From NCBI GenBank assembly GCA_021776775.1, contig JAJFFE010000316.1:617-64616 (forward strand): DNA of 64,000 nt, given 5' to 3'. Below, piece by piece: positions 37,565 through 47,267 of this stretch. The DNA comes from Planctomycetota bacterium. Lineage in GTDB: Bacteria > Planctomycetota > UBA8108 > UBA1146 > JAJFFE01. The position numbers and the translations under genes are program-made. Below the pieces are notes generated by a model. The model had not been told where the DNA came from. It did not search any database and saw only the letters and a program-made list of their open reading frames with translations. Each line of letters begins with the position of its first letter. Positions within the stretch are counted from its first letter, which is position 1.

Positions 37565-38611
37565 GTGCCACAGCCGCCGCGGTTGTGCTGCCGCGAGCCA
37601 GCGATTCGTTCGAATTTCCGGAGTGGCATGCCCAAGCGCCACTTGGAACCTATTCTACCGTTCGACAAATCACGGGCTACCGCGCTCTTCGCAGGTTGCC
37701 GAATCTCTTGTAGATACGACGGGAACGCGAAAGAATCCCGCCCTCGGATAGGGGAGGAATCGCCTTTGGCGAATTCGCGCGAACCGCTCACAGTGATCGC
37801 GGCGACATGTAACGAACTCGACCAAGTAGAGCAGTGGTTAGATTTCGTAGGGTTTGCCGATCGAGTCGTGGTGGTCGACACCGGATCCCGCGACGGGACG
37901 GTCGAGCGACTCCGTGCGCATGGAGTCGAGGTCACGACCGTCGACGCTGGCGATACTGAGTCGGTCGGCGCGGTGGTGCATCGCGCGAAGAACCGGGCCA
38001 TCGCCCAGGTCACGCAAGGCTGGATTCTCGATCTCGATCTCGACGAACGGTTACCCGACCGAACCATCGAAGAGATCCAACGAGTCACCACGGCTGACTC
38101 GCCAGTGAACGCCTACGCGATTCCGTTTAGGCACTACGTCTTTGGCCGCTGGTTGAAGTACGGCGGATGGCAAGGTGCCCACCGCAGGCTGTATCGCGCC
38201 GGTCAAGCAACCTACCCAGAAGATCGAGCCCACTCCACGCTCGAGGTCGCGGGAACCATCGGACTCCTCGAGAACGAGGTCGTTCACTTTGCTCACCCGA
38301 CGATCCACGAGTTTTGGGTGAAGATGAATCGCTACACATCTCAAGACGCCCCGCTGTTTGTCGAGCACGGTCGTGGTGGACTGAGGAACCGACCGCGACT
38401 TCCGGTGTCGCGACTTCGTTGGCTTCGAGCGTCCGCTTCGGTATTTTGGAACCGTTACATCAAGGCGGCGGGGTTTCGGGACGGCGTGCCGGGGCTGGTC
38501 GTCGCGGTGATGCTCTCTATGTATACGTTCGTAGAGCAGGTCAAGGCGTGGGAGTACGAAACCCAAGTGTCTGATTCTGACCGAGACGTTTCCTCAGGGG
38601 TGATCGTATGA
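37565..38611 (+). CDS. Glycosyltransferase family 2
   Basis: PLTVIAATCNELDQVEQWLDFVGFADRVVVVDTGSRDGT (GT2 DxD region). The true start is probably the internal ATG at 37628 or the TTG at 37766 (SD GGGGAGGAA). 4-nt overlap with the ABC exporter gene. Confidence 0.8.
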   Translation: MPQPPRLCCREPAIRSNFRSGMPKRHLEPILPFDKSRATALFAGCRISCRYDGNAKESRPRIGEESPLANSREPLTVIAATCNELDQVEQWLDFVGFADRVVVVDTGSRDGTVERLRAHGVEVTTVDAGDTESVGAVVHRAKNRAIAQVTQGWILDLDLDERLPDRTIEEIQRVTTADSPVNAYAIPFRHYVFGRWLKYGGWQGAHRRLYRAGQATYPEDRAHSTLEVAGTIGLLENEVVHFAHPTIHEFWVKMNRYTSQDAPLFVEHGRGGLRNRPRLPVSRLRWLRASASVFWNRYIKAAGFRDGVPGLVVAVMLSMYTFVEQVKAWEYETQVSDSDRDVSSGVIV

Positions 38612-40818
38612 CTGACGGTCGCGACAGCGCGAGTTCCCAACCCGACCGACGAAGTCGATACGAGCCGCCGGAGGTTATCGCAACTCCGGAGTCGGCCACC
38701 ATTCGCTCGCTCTTCGGCTGGCTGTTTGTCTTCGCTCGGCCGTATTGGCGTTTGTTCCTGTGCGTTCTGCTCTTGATGGCCGTCTACGCGAGCGGCAACA
38801 GTGTCCGCGTCGTGATGATGGGCGTGATCTTCGACAGTCTGTTGGTGCCCTCCGAGGACGCCACGCAAAAGAGCAAGATCGTCGAAGCGTACGAGAGCGT
38901 CACGCCGAAGCAGTGGCACTTGCCGCGCGTGGAGCGGCACTCGATCTCGGCCACTGAGCTCGAATTCAGTGGCGTGGTGCTCAACGAAGACGCGACCATC
39001 GACGATCCCAGCCGCCAGCGGTACAAAGCCGTGTTCGTTCCCGTCAAGGGTGAGGACATTGCACTGCGCGGCGCGTCCGACGGTGGGACCTTCAGCTACT
39101 CCAAGCTGACCCGGCTCGAAGTGACGACGAGGGCTCCGCTCGTGGCGGTCGAGGGTCGCTATCAGTACTCCGGGCCCTCGGTTCGAGTGAACATCGAACG
39201 CGGTGGGGGAGACGACAAAGGGTTGATCCCGTTCCTGATCGGCTTCGCGGTCCTCGGCGCGTTTCTCGCGGTCACCATTGCAACGTCTAACTATGGGCGA
39301 CTCTATCTTTCGCAGGTCTTGGTCATTCGGGTGATCGCTTCGATCCGGGGTCGGATCTTTCGTCACCTTTCACACCTGTCCGTCGACTTTTTTCAAGCGA
39401 GACGATCGGGAGATCTGATCTCGCGGTTGACCAACGACGTCGGCGCAATTCAGCTCTCGCTGCGGTACCTATTCGGGGAGATTTTTCAGCATCCGCTCAA
39501 CATCGTGATTTCTCTCGGAGTCGCGTTCTACGCCTCGCCTCAGTTGACGATCATGTTGTTGCCCCTGTTCCTCCTGCTGGTGATACCGATTGTTCGGCAG
39601 GGGAAGAAGGTCAAGAAGCACGGCCGAGGATCTTTGGCCAAGCTCGGCGAGGTGACCGAGGCCATGAGTCAGCTGTTGTCGGGGATTCGGGTGATCAAAG
39701 CGTTCGGGATGCAGCAGGGACAGAACCGCGAGTTTGAACAGCGCAACACCGAGTTCATTCGCAGCAACCTGCGCATGGTCAAGGCGAAGGTCAAGGGGCG
39801 GAGCCTCGCCGAGGGGCTCTACAACCTGCTGGCCGCCCTCGCCATGCTGTTCGCCGCATGGCTACTGATCTCCGAGTTCATCCCGTTGACGTTCGGTGAG
39901 TTCACCGTGTTCTTCGGCGCAATTTCCGCCATGTACCAGCCGTTGAAGTCGCTCTCTCGGGCGTACAACACCATGCAAGAGTCGGTCGCCGCGAGTGACC
40001 GCGTGTTCGAGATATTGCGTAGTCGATCGAGCGTCGTCGACCGAGAGGGTGCACCAGCGTTGGCGCCGTTCGCTCGGGAGATCACGTTCGATGGCGTTAG
40101 TTTTCGCTATGACGAGAACGCGGCTTGGGCGGTTCGGGACATCACATTCAAGGTTCCTCGCGGTAACACGCTGGCGCTAGTTGGCCGTAGTGGCGCGGGG
40201 AAATCGACCATGCTCGACTTGCTCGCGCGGTTCTACGATCCGACCGAAGGGCAGATTTTCATCGACGGCGTGAAGCTCACCGACGCGACGCAGGGGTCGC
40301 TGCTCGAGCAGATCTCGATCGTTGGCCAGGACGCGTTTCTCTTCAACACCAGTATTGAAGAGAACATCCGCTACGGTCGACCCGATGCGACGCTCGACGA
40401 CATTCGCCAGGCCGCCGAGGCTGCCGCAATCGATGACGAAATCATGGCGATGCCCCAGCAGTATCAATCGGTGATCGGCGATCGCGGCGCGAAGCTGTCC
40501 GGGGGGCAACGGCAGCGAGTGACGATCGCGCGCGCCATCCTCAAGAACGCCGAGATCCTGATCCTCGACGAAGCGACCTCGGCGCTCGACTCCGAGAGTG
40601 AGCGCCAGGTTCAGCAAGCCCTCGAGAACCTCATGCGCGGGCGAACCACGTTCGTCATCGCTCACCGACTATCGACGATCAAGCATGCGGACACCATCCT
40701 CGTCATGGATGCCGGCCGCATCGTCGAAGTCGGCAATCACGAGCAGTTGGCTGCCACCGACGGTCACTACGCGCGACTGCTTCGCATGCAGGACGAGGGA
40801 TTCCAGCGTGCCGAGTAG
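38608..40818 (+). CDS. ABC exporter, fused permease/ATPase (MsbA-like type I exporter) with a ~130-aa periplasmic insertion after TM1
   Basis: Walker A GRSGAGKST, signature LSGGQRQR, Walker B ILILDEATSALD, H-loop. Six TM segments, with a long loop between TM1 and TM2. Confidence 0.9.
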   Translation: MTDGRDSASSQPDRRSRYEPPEVIATPESATIRSLFGWLFVFARPYWRLFLCVLLLMAVYASGNSVRVVMMGVIFDSLLVPSEDATQKSKIVEAYESVTPKQWHLPRVERHSISATELEFSGVVLNEDATIDDPSRQRYKAVFVPVKGEDIALRGASDGGTFSYSKLTRLEVTTRAPLVAVEGRYQYSGPSVRVNIERGGGDDKGLIPFLIGFAVLGAFLAVTIATSNYGRLYLSQVLVIRVIASIRGRIFRHLSHLSVDFFQARRSGDLISRLTNDVGAIQLSLRYLFGEIFQHPLNIVISLGVAFYASPQLTIMLLPLFLLLVIPIVRQGKKVKKHGRGSLAKLGEVTEAMSQLLSGIRVIKAFGMQQGQNREFEQRNTEFIRSNLRMVKAKVKGRSLAEGLYNLLAALAMLFAAWLLISEFIPLTFGEFTVFFGAISAMYQPLKSLSRAYNTMQESVAASDRVFEILRSRSSVVDREGAPALAPFAREITFDGVSFRYDENAAWAVRDITFKVPRGNTLALVGRSGAGKSTMLDLLARFYDPTEGQIFIDGVKLTDATQGSLLEQISIVGQDAFLFNTSIEENIRYGRPDATLDDIRQAAEAAAIDDEIMAMPQQYQSVIGDRGAKLSGGQRQRVTIARAILKNAEILILDEATSALDSESERQVQQALENLMRGRTTFVIAHRLSTIKHADTILVMDAGRIVEVGNHEQLAATDGHYARLLRMQDEGFQRAE

Positions 40819-41602
40819 CAGCGCTTTTGAGTGTGTTCCGGTCGGGCACTTTCGCAGCGCTGCGCAAGCGAAAGTCGAGGCGCCTCGCCAACCGGGCCTG
40901 CTGCCGGACAACGTGGGACGAGTCGAGTTTCTTCCCGAGTACGCCGGAGCGATCTCTGATCTCGAGGGATTCGAGTTCGTCTGGCTCATCACGTGGCTCG
41001 ATCGGGCCGAAGGGTGGAGTCCGACTCTTCGTCCACCACGTTCGCGAACAAAGAAAACTCTGTTCGCGACCCGATCACCGCACCGGCCGAATCCTATCGG
41101 GCTGTCCGCGGTTCGAGTGCTGCGCCTCGACGGTTCCGTCTTGCACGTGAGAGGGCACGACCTTCTCGACGGCACTCCCATCCTCGACGTCAAACCGTAC
41201 CTAGCGTACGCCGATGCGCATCCCGACGCGCGGGCCGGTTGGGTCGAGGACGCGGACGGTGAGGTTTACGATGTAGAGTGGTCGGCCGACGCCCGCGAGC
41301 AGCTCGAGTGGCTTCGTGATCGAAGCGTGGATCTCGGTTCGGCGGAAGGGGTGCTCACGCTCCGGCCCCGACCGGCCCCGAGTCATCGGGTGCGAGAGCG
41401 GTCCGTCCTTGGCGAAACGGTCCTTTGCGAGTTCGCACTGCGCACGTGGCGTCTCGACTTTGATCGCGACGATCGTGTCGCGCGGGTGGTGATCACCGCG
41501 ATCCGAACCGGCTACTCGGACGCGGTGCTTCGGGGGGACGAGGAGAGTCGGTGGGATGACGTGCCGCTCCACCGAGAGTTCGGCGCCCGATTTCATCGGT
41601 AG
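40808..41602 (+). CDS. tsaA: TsaA/TrmO (YaeB) family tRNA methyltransferase-like protein
   Basis: The region FECVPVGHFRSAAQAKVEAPRQPGLLP...EGFEFVWLITWL...RPNPIGLSAVRVLRLDGSVLHVRGHDLLDGTPILDVKPY aligns with E. coli YaeB. GTG start 10 nt before the ABC stop, SD GAGGGA. Confidence 0.8.
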   Translation: MPSSSAFECVPVGHFRSAAQAKVEAPRQPGLLPDNVGRVEFLPEYAGAISDLEGFEFVWLITWLDRAEGWSPTLRPPRSRTKKTLFATRSPHRPNPIGLSAVRVLRLDGSVLHVRGHDLLDGTPILDVKPYLAYADAHPDARAGWVEDADGEVYDVEWSADAREQLEWLRDRSVDLGSAEGVLTLRPRPAPSHRVRERSVLGETVLCEFALRTWRLDFDRDDRVARVVITAIRTGYSDAVLRGDEESRWDDVPLHREFGARFHR

Positions 41603-41813
41603 GAGCTGGCCAACACGTTGCTCCGAAATGGTTTGTGGCCATGGCGCTCCACAGTTCGGATCTGGCCAGCCGGGGGCTCGCCCGTTATAGTTCAGCCTCG
41701 AATTCTGGCGGATCACCGGCCGTGCCCGGGCGCTGTCGCCGTTGGCGTCTCCTCTGTCGCCAAGGGCCATCCCTCACCGTCATGAAATCGAAGAAACACT
41801 GGGAGGTACTCCG

Positions 41814-42461
41814 ATGCGTATCCCGTCCGTAATCATCGCCAGCGTCGTGCTGGTGCTCGTCTGTACCGGCGCGCTCGCCCCGATCGGGCTCGGCGTCGTC
41901 GGCAAGGTCAAATCCGTATCCGAAGACGGCAAGTCGTTCGAGATCAGCGCCAAGGGCGTCAAGAAGACGTTGGTCTTCGACGACAAAGAGACCGCCTTCA
42001 AGAAGGTCGACGTCAAGCCGTTCAGCACGTTCAAAGAGGGCGATCGTCTCTTTGTGCTCGGTAAAAAGACAGAAGGCAACGAACGCGTCGAAGCTGCGAT
42101 CAACGGGATCATCGCGATTGCCAGCGGCGAGTTCGACTCCCCGGATCTGCCGGAGAAGCAAAAAGGCATCAAAGGGCTCGAGTGGATCAGCGGCTCGCTC
42201 GAGATGGACGGCAAGCGACTCAAGCTCGGCGGCGCAACTCTGACCACAGGTGGTAAGCGCGGGGTTGCCGTGTTCTCCAAGTGCAAGCGGGACGAACTCA
42301 TGAAGGCGAAGACTTCTGTCTTCGTCCGCGGTCGATTCCACAAGAAGTCCAAGGAAGAGAAGTTTCACCGAATCATGGCGTCGGAACTCACTCTCATCAA
42401 CAAAGGTGTTTCGCCGAAAGAGTACAGCTTCCTGTTTGATTTGAGCCGAGAGAAGAAGTAG
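41814..42461 (+). CDS. Secreted Lys-rich hypothetical protein (lower GC)
   Basis: Signal peptide MRIPSVIIASVVLVLVCTGALA behind SD GGGAGG. Lysine-rich composition that is atypical for this genome. Confidence 0.55.
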   Translation: MRIPSVIIASVVLVLVCTGALAPIGLGVVGKVKSVSEDGKSFEISAKGVKKTLVFDDKETAFKKVDVKPFSTFKEGDRLFVLGKKTEGNERVEAAINGIIAIASGEFDSPDLPEKQKGIKGLEWISGSLEMDGKRLKLGGATLTTGGKRGVAVFSKCKRDELMKAKTSVFVRGRFHKKSKEEKFHRIMASELTLINKGVSPKEYSFLFDLSREKK

Positions 42462-42465
42462 TCAG

Positions 42466-43008
42466 ATGCCAAAAGAGCGAGCAATGGGCGCGACCGCGGT
42501 GAAAGACCTGGTCGCGTGGCTGCAAGGATTCGAAGAGAGAATCCCGATCGATGAGTTGAAAGCTCGACTCATCGAAACGCCGATCGCGATCGACGATGTC
42601 GCGGACAAGGTTCAGTTTGGAGAGAGAACCTATCAGCGCAACCTGCTCGCTCACGGACGCCAGTTCTACGCCATCGTGATGTGTTGGAAGCCGGGGCAGT
42701 CGAGTCCGGTGCACGACCATCGCGGAGCGTCCTGTGGGGTTCGAGTCCTGCAGGGCGTGGCGACCGAAACGACCTATCGCTGGGAGAACGAGAAGCTAGT
42801 CGTCGACTCAGTCCAAGAGCGTCCGCAGGGTGGGGTTTGTGGATCGTTCGACGCCGACGTTCACGACATCAGCAACAACGGTGACGTGGGACTCGTCACG
42901 TTGCACATTTACTCGCCGTATCTGACGAACGTGAACATCTACGATTTGGAGAGTGGTGAGGTCACGGTCTTCACCGACCCGCTTGTCGAAGAGATGCTGA
43001 AGGCGTAG
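42466..43008 (+). CDS. Cysteine dioxygenase type I-like cupin (thiol dioxygenase)
   Basis: Cupin metal site VHDHRGASCGVRVLQG ... LHIYSPYL (3-His CDO pattern). Confidence 0.8.
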   Translation: MPKERAMGATAVKDLVAWLQGFEERIPIDELKARLIETPIAIDDVADKVQFGERTYQRNLLAHGRQFYAIVMCWKPGQSSPVHDHRGASCGVRVLQGVATETTYRWENEKLVVDSVQERPQGGVCGSFDADVHDISNNGDVGLVTLHIYSPYLTNVNIYDLESGEVTVFTDPLVEEMLKA

Positions 43009-43034
43009 CCAACGCGACTCGGCCCGCCGCGCGA

Positions 43035-44045
43035 CTACGGTCGGTTCATGGCCTCCCAAATGCCAACGTCGAACCGGCCGTTCGAATCCGCGGCTCCGCG
43101 AAACATCCCCTGAGAGTTGAACGAGAAGACGATCGCTCCATCGGAGCCGACCGCGATCAATCCGCCGTCGCCGGGTGAGAGTACGTCGTGAATCACCTGG
43201 TCGGCGGCGGTTCGAAGAGACGCGCCCGCGTATTGCATTCGCGCCGCCACGTCCCGAGCCACGCCGTGGCGGATGAACAGCTCTCCCGTTCCGGTGCACG
43301 ACACGGCGCACGTGGTGTTGTCGGCGAAGGTTCCCGCGCCGACGATCGGCGAGTCCCCGACCCGACCGAAACGCTTGTTGGTCATTCCGCCGGTCGACGT
43401 GGCCGCCGCCAAGTTCCCGTGCCGATCGAGCGCGACCGCGCCTACCGTCCCGTAGGCGTCATTCGGCAGCATGGCGGCGTTGTTCGCCTCCCGCGCCTTC
43501 GCCCGCTTCAACGCTTCGCGACGACGCTCGGTCTGGAAGTACGTGTTGTCGACAAAGGTGAGACCTTGCTCACGGGCGAACTGCTCTGCGCCAGACCCGA
43601 TGAGGAAGACGTGCCGTGAATTCTCCATGACGCGCCGCGCGAGCGTGATCGGGCTACGCACAGTCGTGATTCCCGAGACCGCGCCGCAGTTGAGATCGGC
43701 GCCGTTCATGATGGAGGCGTCGAGTTCGCACGTCTCCGCGTTCGTGAACACCGCGCCCTTGCCAGCATTGAACAGCGGGTTCTCTTCCATGAGCCGGATC
43801 ACCGCCTCGACGGCATCGAGGCTGGTCCCACCATCGTCCAGGATCTCTCTTCCTGTTTCGAGCGCGGCGGTAAGAGACTCTCGGTACGCGACTCGCTCAG
43901 ACTCCGGGCGATCGTGTGAGATCACTCCCGCGCCGCCATGGATGGCGAGTGCCCACTCTGCCTTCGGTGCGGATTGGCAGCCGCATAGGGATGCGACCGC
44001 GAGCAGCAGAGCGATGGTGATCGAACTCGTGGAGAACTTCCGCAT
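43035..44045 (-). CDS. iaaA: Isoaspartyl peptidase/L-asparaginase (Ntn-hydrolase, plant-type asparaginase family), periplasmic
   Basis: LAIHGGAG, autoprocessing/nucleophile motif GTVGAVALD, GGMTNKRFGRVGDSPIVGAGTFAD. Signal peptide from internal start MRKFSTSSITIALLLAVASLCGC. Confidence 0.85.
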   Translation of the reverse strand: MRKFSTSSITIALLLAVASLCGCQSAPKAEWALAIHGGAGVISHDRPESERVAYRESLTAALETGREILDDGGTSLDAVEAVIRLMEENPLFNAGKGAVFTNAETCELDASIMNGADLNCGAVSGITTVRSPITLARRVMENSRHVFLIGSGAEQFAREQGLTFVDNTYFQTERRREALKRAKAREANNAAMLPNDAYGTVGAVALDRHGNLAAATSTGGMTNKRFGRVGDSPIVGAGTFADNTTCAVSCTGTGELFIRHGVARDVAARMQYAGASLRTAADQVIHDVLSPGDGGLIAVGSDGAIVFSFNSQGMFRGAADSNGRFDVGIWEAMNRP

Positions 44046-44440
44046 GACTGGCTCCTTGGTAGACAGGGAGCTGTAGTCCACCGAGGTTTGGATTGGCCGT
44101 CAAGGGGTTGGGTGCACCGGGCGATAGTCGGCGGGAGGTTTCGACTCAACGGCGCTTGCGGCAGACACGACTCGGCTAGATTCGCGCTTCGAACGATTCG
44201 GCGCGCCGCTCAGTACGGCTGTCCATCTTCAGCCTGGCGATGCGTCTAGGCGATTGGGAACGCTGTTCGTTGTGCTTTCGTCTCTTGGCCGCTTTCTCGC
44301 CAAGCCGCGAAGGACCGCCAAGGCCGCCAAGAACTTGACCCTCGTAGCCGTGCAATTGTTGGGCTGGACTCGCGTCGAGAGATTCAGCACGGCGGCTAAG
44401 TTCCAGGTATCCCATCATCAGCTTGGCTGATGCGAAGGGG

Positions 44441-44854
44441 CTAGCTAGCGTCGCGCTCGAGCGACTCTTGCCATGCGTCTTTCGTGTGCCACGCGTGATC
44501 GACGCAGTGTTCCGATGAGAAGGCGATCTCTTCGATCCAGCGTAACAGGCCGATCAGATGGGGCGTGTCGTCGGTGCCGAACAGCCGGCGAAGGCGAGAC
44601 AGCTTCGATGCGACCACGACGAGCCAGAGATCTCTCTCTTCGTCGACACAGCCGACCAAGACGGCGAAGCGGTGCTTTCCGAGGCGAACATTCACTGTCC
44701 ATGAATGCGCGTTTTGAGTGAGGGTCACGGCGTCGGCGCCGCGCTCCGTCAAGCCATCGACGAAGGTGCGGGCGACGATCTCTCGCGAGTCGTTGTTCTT
44801 CAGGTCGGTGTTGTGGCCGTGAGTCGGCCAGCGGAAGGTCAGGTGATCGTGCAT
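44441..44854 (-). CDS. Hypothetical protein (137 aa)
   Basis: Intact ORF ending 3 nt before the next gene's start. No motif recognised. Confidence 0.4.
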   Translation of the reverse strand: MHDHLTFRWPTHGHNTDLKNNDSREIVARTFVDGLTERGADAVTLTQNAHSWTVNVRLGKHRFAVLVGCVDEERDLWLVVVASKLSRLRRLFGTDDTPHLIGLLRWIEEIAFSSEHCVDHAWHTKDAWQESLERDAS

Positions 44855-44856
44855 CG

Positions 44857-45795
44857 TTACCGTTCGAGCGAATCGAAGTCGATCGACGCGAAGAGTGTCT
44901 CCAGAGTGGAGAGGTGCGTCATCGTTCCGACGAGATATACGTGGAACCGTCCGCGCACGACGACTTCCGCCGAGGCCGTGGAGGCTAGACCGTTGTAACG
45001 CACGAATCCCGGGTGGTTGCCGAACATCCTTGCTCGTTCGAACTCCAGGCCGTCGGACGCCCGCTCACGGGTGGCTGCTTGTTGCCACAGCAACGCTCGC
45101 CGGGTGAGTTCGGCGCACTCGCGACCGAGGTCGGCGATGTGCAGTTGGACGCGACCCGCTTTGCGGTGCTTATAGTTCGCGGACGCCGTCGTGGCGGCCG
45201 TGCCGAAGATCGACCCTCGCCAGTGATCCGTGGTGATTCGTTTCAGCCCTTTGCTGGAATCGTCCGCCGGCAGTGTCGATTCGAGTGTTGCCGATGCGAC
45301 GAGTCTGTCGTACAGATCGCCGGGAACGTGCACATCGCGCGAGACCACGGGCTCGTTCGATTTGACCGTCCGTGGCTTCGCGGACTCAGACGTGGACGGT
45401 GGAGCGTCGCCGAGAAGTGCGCCCAAACCATCCGGGTCCTTGCCGAGCTCATCCGTCGATTTCAGTAACTCTTCGAGCGCCGCGTCGCGTTCGGGGCTGC
45501 TCTCCGGCTCCGCGCCACCGCCGAGCATCTCCAAGAGTTCCTCCGCACTCATCTTCTTGGTCGTGTTAGGCCCGTTGTTTGTGTGGGGCGCGGCGTTGCC
45601 CCCCGGATCCGTCGCCCCGGCGTTTCCCTGGGCGGTGTTGATAGAAGTGGGCTGGTCTGGGTCGGGGTCGACATCGCGCGGCACCGTTTGCCCACACGCG
45701 GTCAGGACGACCGCGGCCAGGAGCGCGGAAGCTAGATGCCGGTTGCGATTTCGGGCGTCGGGTAGCCGCTCTAGGATCACGGTCGTGTGGATCAT
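44857..45795 (-). CDS. Putative lipoprotein, unknown function
   Basis: Internal start MIHTTVILER...LASALLAAVVLTACGQ (lipobox LTAC). Low-complexity Pro/Asp/Gly/Asn linker, then a globular C-terminal region. Confidence 0.55.
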   Translation of the reverse strand: MIHTTVILERLPDARNRNRHLASALLAAVVLTACGQTVPRDVDPDPDQPTSINTAQGNAGATDPGGNAAPHTNNGPNTTKKMSAEELLEMLGGGAEPESSPERDAALEELLKSTDELGKDPDGLGALLGDAPPSTSESAKPRTVKSNEPVVSRDVHVPGDLYDRLVASATLESTLPADDSSKGLKRITTDHWRGSIFGTAATTASANYKHRKAGRVQLHIADLGRECAELTRRALLWQQAATRERASDGLEFERARMFGNHPGFVRYNGLASTASAEVVVRGRFHVYLVGTMTHLSTLETLFASIDFDSLER

Positions 45796-45946
45796 GCGCT
45801 CTCTTTCGCGTCGCTCGCCTGGATGGACTTGGGGTGTGGAGGCGGCGTGGCTGAAGTGTCTCACGACGAGTGTCACCTAATCGTGTCACCGAGTCGTGTC
45901 GATCGCTCTACTGTGCCCTACTGTGCCGCCTCGGAACTCCCGGCAC

Positions 45947-46843
45947 TTACTTCTTCTTCTGCTGCTTCGCTTTCAACGCTTCCGCTTCGGCCCGGGTCTT
46001 GGTCGCTGCGTCGCTCTTACCTTCGAGCTCTTCCAGGTCAGCGCGCAACTCCAAGAACTTGAGCTTGGATCGGGCGTCATTGTAGCGATCTGCGTTCATC
46101 AAGCCACGTTCGATGGTGACGGTCGCGCGGGGGAGACGGCCGAGTTGCATCAGGATCGGTGCCATTTGTAGGTCGAGCCCATTGGCGCTTCGGTGAAGCG
46201 CTAACCCGTGGTACAGGATTCGTGCCGTCGAGATCGATTTCAACGCTTCCTCGTGCTTGCCGAGTCCGCCGTGCGCCCGACCCAGCGCGGACATCGCCAT
46301 CGCCGTTCCCCACCAGTCGCCGAGAGGCCACGCTGCGTCGAGTCCCGCCTGAGCGTGCGTGACGGCTTCGTCGTACTTCTTCTCTTTGAATGCGTTCGAC
46401 GAAGCGCGGCACTCCCGCTGACCCACTCGGAACTGCTTCTTCTGATCGTCGCTCCAACCCACGAAGCTCGAAGTGTAGTCGTAGATGTCCGGTGACATGA
46501 ACGCTTGCGACGCCGCCTTCGCTCCCCGGAGCGCGCGCTCGTGCATCGCTTTGATGTCCGCCGCCTTGGCGTTACCCTCCTTCTCGAACAATCCGAGGCT
46601 TCCCTCGAGGTAGCTGTCGATGAGAAACATCACCCCGTTGGGGTTGTCGCGGAACAGTTTGACGACGTCGTCGTGCTTGTCAGCGCTGTCGAGTGTTTCG
46701 AACCGCGCTTTGAGTTCTTTGCCCGACAGCGGCGCCTGTAAGGCGGCGGGGGATGGATTAGGCAGGAGGTTGGCATTCGCGGGCGCAGACGGTGCGATCA
46801 CGTGCAGCAACGTCGACGTCACCATGAAGAAAGTCGCGAGCAT
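45947..46843 (-). CDS. Secreted helical-repeat (TPR-like) protein with Lys-rich C-terminus
   Basis: Signal peptide MLATFFMVTSTLLHVIAPSAPANA, helical repeats, C-terminal KAKQQKKK. Confidence 0.55.
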   Translation of the reverse strand: MLATFFMVTSTLLHVIAPSAPANANLLPNPSPAALQAPLSGKELKARFETLDSADKHDDVVKLFRDNPNGVMFLIDSYLEGSLGLFEKEGNAKAADIKAMHERALRGAKAASQAFMSPDIYDYTSSFVGWSDDQKKQFRVGQRECRASSNAFKEKKYDEAVTHAQAGLDAAWPLGDWWGTAMAMSALGRAHGGLGKHEEALKSISTARILYHGLALHRSANGLDLQMAPILMQLGRLPRATVTIERGLMNADRYNDARSKLKFLELRADLEELEGKSDAATKTRAEAEALKAKQQKKK

Positions 46844-47199
46844 GGTTTTCCCTCTCGTGGGTTCAGTGGCTCACGCGGACACGGGTCGACGCGGAGCACT
46901 CGATGTCGCCGGACGGCGATCTAACAGCGTAGCAACCTACTCGGAGGGAAGGAAGGCCGCCTCGGAGGACTTCCGCTCGGAAGAGCCGCGGATGGAAGTG
47001 TGGGCCGCTCCGTGCGTCAGCAGCTGCAGGGTATGGCTAGCCCGGCCGAAAAGTCAGAGGCACGGAAAGCCGTAACCAGGTCGTTCGCATCCGGGCGCGG
47101 GTGATCGGGACGGTGATTCGATAGAGCGAGGGGGGGGGTGTTGGACCGGAACGTCCCCAAGCGCGTATGGGCCGATCCCTGAGACCGTTGATCGGTCCC

Positions 47200-47246
47200 C
47201 AAAAAAGAACGCGGCGCAACTCAGCGATAGGCTGAACTGCGCCGCC
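47200..47246 (-). terminator. Rho-independent terminator of the oxidoreductase gene
   Basis: On the minus strand the stem gcggcgca/tgcgccgc is followed by TTTTTTGGGG. Confidence 0.6.
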
Positions 47247-47267
47247 TCCTAGTTTGGTTCTCGGAGC

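Noticed and set aside
44176-44418. 80-aa basic ORF in the 44.08-44.44 kb intergenic region
   Set aside because: No RBS or motif. Arg/Lys-rich shadow-type sequence. Left uncalled.
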